Under the pieces are notes generated by a model. That model was not told where the DNA came from and searched no databases. It worked only from the letters and a program-made list of their open reading frames with translations. Below are positions 59,501-64,000 of a stretch of DNA of 64,000 nt, piece by piece (the first letter of the stretch is position 1; every line of letters starts with the position of its first letter). The translations under genes and the position numbers were made by a program. Source of the DNA: Candidatus Bathyarchaeia archaeon (GTDB lineage: Archaea; Thermoproteota; Bathyarchaeia; Bathyarchaeales; Bathycorpusculaceae); assembly GCA_038883655.1 (NCBI GenBank), contig JAVZLQ010000004.1, positions 64,001-128,000 of the forward strand, given 5' to 3'.

Positions 59501-61873
59501 TATGTTGGAAACGGTCGCGTTCAACCAAATATTGCTGCCCGGTAAGGCAAAGGGTGGCGCACTAAGTCCAACTATTAAATCATGTTGCGGTCTCTCGTAA
59601 CGTGACCAAGATATGAAATTGTAGATTAATTGTAAATCAACGTCGTTACTATAAGACTCAGCAGCAAAAGAACTGTAAATAACGCCTCTATATGTGACAA
59701 TTGCACTCTCGTTATATGGTCCAAGAGCAACGTACTCCCCCCCAACTAAAACTTCTTCAACCCAATTCCCTTGAGGAGCAACTGTTAGTTTGCTTTGAGA
59801 GAAGTTATAGGGATTTGGAATACCGCGGAAAATCGGGTGTTCAGGATTAAGTAAATTTAAATGAGACGTTGAGTTTATTGTCCAGGTTGTTGTCTCATCT
59901 ATCCCTAAAAGTCTCGCGAGCTTATTGTTATTTGGAACGCTAAAGTAAAACGTATCCGCAGTAATAATCAATCCATGTCCTTCATAAACATAATTTGTAA
60001 TAGCTTCTATTTCTGAATCCGAAAATTCCCAACCTAACTCTTGAGAGTAAGCTGAAGATATTATTAATACATCCGCATTGCATGCTACGAGATCCTCATA
60101 ACTTATGTTTTCTTTATTTAAACTTATAGCATCAATAAAAATGCATTTTTCACCGTATTTGGGCCAGTATTTGTTAAGCTTTTCCCAAGTTGTGGTTATC
60201 CACGTCCAATATGTTCCAGAGGACCTTATAACACAAGCTTTAATTGGCGTTCCGCCAAAAACGTTTACTTTAACAAAGTTGTTTTCGGTCACGTTTTCAC
60301 CATTGAATGGAACTACTCGAACAGTTATATTATACAATCCTTCATTTGTTGGCATCCATGTAAGAACTACCGGTATTGTTGCACCACTTTCTATGAAATC
60401 TACAACTTGGGAACAAATGTACGTGCCGTTACTTATCAATTCAACAGTTACACCACTTTCTTCAGAAGTCCCGTAGTTAAGTATGTAGGCAGTAAACGTT
60501 CCATTCTCATGCAAATTAACATAATGGGGATATTCGAGTCGCGCTAATAACAAGTCATGCTCGGGTAAGGGCTGATTGACCGCTTTCATGGCGTTTATCC
60601 TTCCATAACCGTAGTACTCGTCAAATCCCACATTGCCTAAATCGTCGGCAGTATAACGTAAATGAAATCTAACCTGGTCACGGGTTATGTTTGGAAATTG
60701 ACTCCAAACAAGAGCAGCGACGCCCGATACGTGAGGACAAGACATCGATGTTCCGCTCTTATAATTGTAGTCGTTCCCTGGAACTGTGGAGTAGATTTGC
60801 ACTCCCGGTGCTGCAAGCTCAATCCATTCTCCGAAATTTGTGAAGAAAGCAGGCTTATCATACTGGTCTGTCGCTGAAACTGCAATAACTTCATCATATG
60901 CAGCTGGATAAGATTTTGCGTCACTGCGAGCATTCCCCGCCGATGCTACTAAAAGAACCCCAGATTCATAAGCAAACTTAATTGCTTCGTAAAGCAGCGA
61001 ACTGTTGAAGTTCCCCCCCCAACTCATCGATATTATGGATGCATTTTGCTGTACCGCGTGAATTATAGCTTGAGCTAAGTCATCCTCAGCACCTGAGCCG
61101 TATCGATCTAAAGCTTTCTCTGCGATTATTTCGACTTGGGCTATTCCCGCTATTCCGATGCCGTTGTTAAGCGTTGCCGCAATTATGCCTGCGCAATGAG
61201 TTCCATGTCCATTGTCATCCATGGGATCAGCATCGTTATTCACCCAGTCATAACCTAATGGTATATAGTTTCCAATTAAATCCGGGTGACGCCAATCCAC
61301 ACCTGTATCAATTACTGCTACACGAATATTATGTGTTCCGACGGTAGTATTCCACGCGTACTCAGCATTTATTTTTTGGAGTGCCCACTGAAGGCTCCAA
61401 TAAGGGTCGTTTGGCACAAAATAAGCACCGTATTTTGCGTTAGGCTCGATATACTTGATAACACTTATGTTCTGTAATTCTTTGATAAGCGATGAGGAGT
61501 ATTGAAGAGGTACATTTACTACGATCGCCAGCAAATTATTTACATTGACATAGTTGATAATCTCTCCGTTAAATCTCTGAACGAGCGCATTTAATTCATC
61601 TTTTATCGAGTCGTATCCATTGTTTATGCCTACTACCAGCTCGATTGAGTCATTTTTAATGCATACGTAGTCGCTGTAGTTGCGCAAATCTTCTGTACTG
61701 CGAATTCCATTCTCGATTATTTTGATCAGGTTATTATCGATTAGACCACTATTGCGATATATGTCAGCATTGCTATCGCTATTGTATTTATCATGTAAAC
61801 CGCTGGGAAATGTGACAATGGCCAAAAGTAAAATACATGTTATTGTTGTCACTTTTGAATATGGCGCCCACAT
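56513..61873 (-). CDS. Large membrane-anchored S8 subtilase (thermitase-like) with CARDB and Ig-like repeats
   Basis: Signal peptide and propeptide; triad VIDTG / HGTHCAG / GTSMSCP; repeated D-x-T-x-P Ig-like modules; C-terminal TM helix with basic tail. Confidence 0.92.
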   Translation of the reverse strand: MWAPYSKVTTITCILLLAIVTFPSGLHDKYNSDSNADIYRNSGLIDNNLIKIIENGIRSTEDLRNYSDYVCIKNDSIELVVGINNGYDSIKDELNALVQRFNGEIINYVNVNNLLAIVVNVPLQYSSSLIKELQNISVIKYIEPNAKYGAYFVPNDPYWSLQWALQKINAEYAWNTTVGTHNIRVAVIDTGVDWRHPDLIGNYIPLGYDWVNNDADPMDDNGHGTHCAGIIAATLNNGIGIAGIAQVEIIAEKALDRYGSGAEDDLAQAIIHAVQQNASIISMSWGGNFNSSLLYEAIKFAYESGVLLVASAGNARSDAKSYPAAYDEVIAVSATDQYDKPAFFTNFGEWIELAAPGVQIYSTVPGNDYNYKSGTSMSCPHVSGVAALVWSQFPNITRDQVRFHLRYTADDLGNVGFDEYYGYGRINAMKAVNQPLPEHDLLLARLEYPHYVNLHENGTFTAYILNYGTSEESGVTVELISNGTYICSQVVDFIESGATIPVVLTWMPTNEGLYNITVRVVPFNGENVTENNFVKVNVFGGTPIKACVIRSSGTYWTWITTTWEKLNKYWPKYGEKCIFIDAISLNKENISYEDLVACNADVLIISSAYSQELGWEFSDSEIEAITNYVYEGHGLIITADTFYFSVPNNNKLARLLGIDETTTWTINSTSHLNLLNPEHPIFRGIPNPYNFSQSKLTVAPQGNWVEEVLVGGEYVALGPYNESAIVTYRGVIYSSFAAESYSNDVDLQLIYNFISWSRYERPQHDLIVGLSAPPFALPGSNIWLNATVSNIGLDAEYDVELAIYINGNVAKNETISEIASDETYSTSYLWMSVPRANYNVTAYARPKDNENNTLNNKMTRIVTVWDPLIQPEEGQWANYTLCTFTEETSITELINFTYNYYISPYQINVTYWHSSTDYILVTSSIINTINRFVEKGTWAGFWFPGWIETNVTLGSQVRVLNNVGTVTGTKSVTVNNRSIECWKLSVESRYQNYTFYYEKISGLLIGYDRVTIGFLENLTLLETNIPIGALIKPKVGDYAQYSIAHFNNSIAEVEGNLKATYISIINYNKVLIQLSCLSWDKDGNIVENFTVYLVVDIRTRLVVDGPTNFNNTYYFGWIETFLDLGSSVRIWNQTGTVIGSSEYTLGQRNFNTWLVFFINETELCFYYYDKVSGLLISSVESDLDTQGHNITRVLHLLQTNVDTSPPQVVIEKPSNNTFISSSEVEVHWRGFDFESGIAYYRICLNSTEKAIVGGSFSSYNLTGLNDATYTIDVEAYDFAGNMNSSSVTIVIDKTLPTAHIITPYNGSYLKGIIEIDINGDDRWFNCMHLFINNASKAAFFSGGNHTYIWDTRVYNDGVYEVLLVVIDKANNTNADRITVIVDNTVPQVQILQQAKYVRGNSNVTIYVHDLNLRNASLSCNDTLIDCWADFGFHIVSWDTSNGTYADGNYILKAEVFDRAGNYAEFSLLVTVDNTPPTAEIVLPANGSYVSGIIHVNFSFADANLQCAVLTIDGEVIADVTSQTYYELDARQISDGEHILVLKVTDEAGNFKASKLTLTVDNTKPIAKISFPKNNSIIAGETIIMFLASDANIKNATLNINNMLWDVTNITSLAVNSCLLQDGHYEVKLEVFDMAENRECARINIVIDNTSPSVIINSPADNEELLGVACINFTIGDDHLEKALLYIDNMVFDVTGETFFYWNTTNVGDGRHTIKIVGVDAAGNVGERQIDVWTKNVQKATEESYNSGKILGILIGSLTALVLISIAIIVTRALHIYFKGKRSKDAT

Positions 61874-62009
61874 TTATTTTACCTTGTTTAGTTTTTAAAG
61901 AATTACATCATGGTATATTCGGTTCCAATCTATAAGATTGTCGTTTTGGGCATATTGTTTCCGACAAAGTTATAAATTTCGTCCTCTTCCCTTCTGAAGG
62001 GGAGCTTTA

Positions 62010-63047
62010 ATGGGTCTATTACAATTTACTGTAAGAAGACTTATTTTGTTAATACCTACTCTGATAGGGGTTACGTTACTCATTTTTGCGGTCACACAGC
62101 TGATATCCCCTGCTCAAAGAGCCCTACTTTATGTGACAAGCGATAAGCAGCTTGAAAAAATTGACTTGATAATTACTAAATATGGCTTAGATAGACCCTT
62201 CTATGAGCAATATTTTAATTGGATTGTTCAAGTTTTGCAAGGGAACTTAGGAATAGCGAAGTCTGCAGGTAATCAGCCAGTATTGAAAGTTTTGTTAGAT
62301 AGATTTCCAGCCACGTTAGAATTAACCTTGTATTCTGCTCCGTTGATTATCTTTTTCGGAATATATTTAGGAGTGAAATCCGCGGTACATCGCGATAAGG
62401 CCATCGACCATGTTACACGCGCTGCAGCAATTATCGGCTGGTCTCTTCCATCTTTTTGGTTGGGCATAGTGTTACTTGCCATATTCTATGGTGGACTTGG
62501 TTGGTTCCCTCCAAAGAGGCTGAGCACCGCAGCAGAAACTTTTGTGAATTCTGCGGCTTGGCATAAATATACTGGACTTTATACGATTGACGGCCTGCTT
62601 AATGGACAAATTTGGATAACAATCGACGCTTTTCGTCATCTAGTGTTGCCAGTCATCGTTTTAACCACAATTAATGTTGCTCTCTTAATTAGGGTTATGC
62701 GATCCAGCATGTTGGAGTCTCTTAGCAAAGGGTACATTGTTACTGCTAGAGCAAAAGGGCTGAAAAACTCAGTGGTTATTAACAAACATGCAAGGCGGAA
62801 CGCGTTAATTCCGGTGGTTACTCTTTCAGGCTTGCTAATTGCAGGTATGCTCGGCGGATTGATTATAACAGAGACGGTGTTTGCCTTCCCTGGCATTGGA
62901 CAGTTTGCTGCAAATGCCGCCCTTACCGGGCCTGACTTACCTGCGGTGCTTGGTTTTGCTCTTTTCACGGGAACGATTTTTGTGTTGGCCAATCTTATAG
63001 TAGACATTTTATATGCATATATAGATCCACGAATAAAGCTTGGGTGA
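62010..63047 (+). CDS. dppB: Oligopeptide/dipeptide ABC permease B
   Basis: YGLDRP, GNLG, PATLEL, PSFWLG, TARAKGL, HARRNALIP, ETVF, DPRIK. Confidence 0.93.
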   Translation: MGLLQFTVRRLILLIPTLIGVTLLIFAVTQLISPAQRALLYVTSDKQLEKIDLIITKYGLDRPFYEQYFNWIVQVLQGNLGIAKSAGNQPVLKVLLDRFPATLELTLYSAPLIIFFGIYLGVKSAVHRDKAIDHVTRAAAIIGWSLPSFWLGIVLLAIFYGGLGWFPPKRLSTAAETFVNSAAWHKYTGLYTIDGLLNGQIWITIDAFRHLVLPVIVLTTINVALLIRVMRSSMLESLSKGYIVTARAKGLKNSVVINKHARRNALIPVVTLSGLLIAGMLGGLIITETVFAFPGIGQFAANAALTGPDLPAVLGFALFTGTIFVLANLIVDILYAYIDPRIKLG

Positions 63048-63051
63048 TTTG

Positions 63052-64000
63052 ATGAAATTGGGATTGCGTTGGAAAGAATTTAGGACTTCATTGGATCCTA
63101 TGCTTAAAGAGTTAAGGTTTATTTTATCTAGAATAAAGAAAAGTCCGCTTTCTATCGTCGGCCTTGTTATAGTTGTGTTTTTTGTTTTTCTTGCAATATT
63201 AGCGCCTGTGCTTGCTCCTCCGATGCCTGGTTATGATCCGTACATGATGCCAAGAGAGAAACCTTATGGGCCAATACCTCAACCTCCAAGCGAGAAACAC
63301 CCGTTTGGGACAACGCCAGGGCAATATGACATTTACTATGGTTGCATATGGGGAACGCGGACAGCGTTTCGTATAGGAGTTCTCGTCGTGGCTATTTCAT
63401 TGCTTATAGGTGTTGTTATTGGAGGTTTCAGTGGCTATTACGGAGGAGTTGTTGATGAAATTATGATGCGTGTTACGGACGTGATTTTTGCCTTTCCAGG
63501 CCTGCTTTTATCGATAGCATTAGTTTTATCTTTGCCTGCCGTTATAACGTTAGATTTAGGCTTATTTAAATGGGATATACCGCTAACAACATTAGACAAA
63601 GTCTTAATTTCTTTTGTGCTCATAGGATGGCCAGGATATGCAAGGGTGATTCGTGGAGAAGTAATGCGTGTCAAAAATGAAGATTTTATAGAAGCAGCAA
63701 GGGCTGTTGGTTGTTCAAACCTTCGAATAATGACTAGACACATTTTTCCAAACGCTATTTATCCTATAATCATTATGGCCTCATTAGACATCGGTGGAAT
63801 AGTGCTTTCTGCTGCTGCCTTAGGATTTTTGGGAATTGGTTCCCCTGAAGGATACTCTGACTGGGGCAGGCTGATTGCGTTGTCTAGGGATTGGATATAT
63901 TCAACTCCTCAGAACCCATTTGAATACTGGTACCTATTCATAATACCGGGACTCTTTATCTTCTTCTTTGTCTTGGGCTGGAATTTATTGGGTGATGCTT
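63052..64000 (+). CDS. dppC: Oligopeptide/dipeptide ABC permease C (runs off window)
   Basis: Manual translation MKLGLRWKEF...HPFGT...G.R.AF...DEIMMRVTD...GWPGYARVIRGE...FIEAARAVG...DWG...WNLLGDA. Confidence 0.9.
   Translation, partial: MKLGLRWKEFRTSLDPMLKELRFILSRIKKSPLSIVGLVIVVFFVFLAILAPVLAPPMPGYDPYMMPREKPYGPIPQPPSEKHPFGTTPGQYDIYYGCIWGTRTAFRIGVLVVAISLLIGVVIGGFSGYYGGVVDEIMMRVTDVIFAFPGLLLSIALVLSLPAVITLDLGLFKWDIPLTTLDKVLISFVLIGWPGYARVIRGEVMRVKNEDFIEAARAVGCSNLRIMTRHIFPNAIYPIIIMASLDIGGIVLSAAALGFLGIGSPEGYSDWGRLIALSRDWIYSTPQNPFEYWYLFIIPGLFIFFFVLGWNLLGDA

Noticed and set aside
61986-62004. Short hairpin covering the GGGGAG RBS of dppB
   Set aside because: Only 8 bp with a 3-nt loop; insufficient to call a regulatory element
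220-63743. Many 60-195 aa antisense or alternative-frame ORFs in the ORF track (e.g. 25748-26290, 46491-47078, 41517-42011)
   Set aside because: They lie within well-supported genes on the opposite strand or frame and show no motifs; treated as shadow ORFs
1-64000. tRNA, rRNA, CRISPR arrays, transposases, integrases, defence systems
   Set aside because: None recognised by eye; intergenic gaps are short and show no regularly spaced repeats or cloverleaf motifs

Overview
Gene-dense archaeal chromosome segment, most consistent with Bathyarchaeia/TACK. This assignment is an inference from egsA, rpl37e, Lsm, aCPSF1, psmB, an eL22-like protein, dockerin-bearing secreted proteins and many TTG/GTG starts. 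(1) 1-18 kb, energy metabolism: 3' end of a GcvH-like gene, a GltD/HdrL-like NADPH flavoprotein, MvhD-wHTH, tandem HdrA, mvhD, hdrCB, mvhGA and a maturation protease, then AOR plus ferredoxin, thiol:fumarate reductase-type TfrAB, methylmalonyl-CoA epimerase and biotin ligase. (2) 18-39 kb, housekeeping: kptA, slyD, egsA, psmB, aCPSF1, sepF, Lsm, rpl37e, rps10, mre11-rad50, an eL22-like gene and an ABC transporter. (3) 39-48 kb, an accessory catabolic cluster (TPP enzyme, lone hydantoinase-A-like ATPase, HExxH protein, transporter, cyclase, CoA-acylating ALDH), followed by a candidate box C/D guide RNA predicted to target the C1402-equivalent of 16S rRNA. (4) DNA ligase, then an extracellular proteolysis locus: a secreted protein with an unrecognised WHE-x-x-P repeat, a C39-like peptidase and two dockerin-like modules, a signal peptidase, a giant membrane-anchored subtilase and a peptide ABC transporter. 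No tRNA, rRNA, CRISPR array or transposase was seen. All family calls come from motif recognition by eye, not from database searches.
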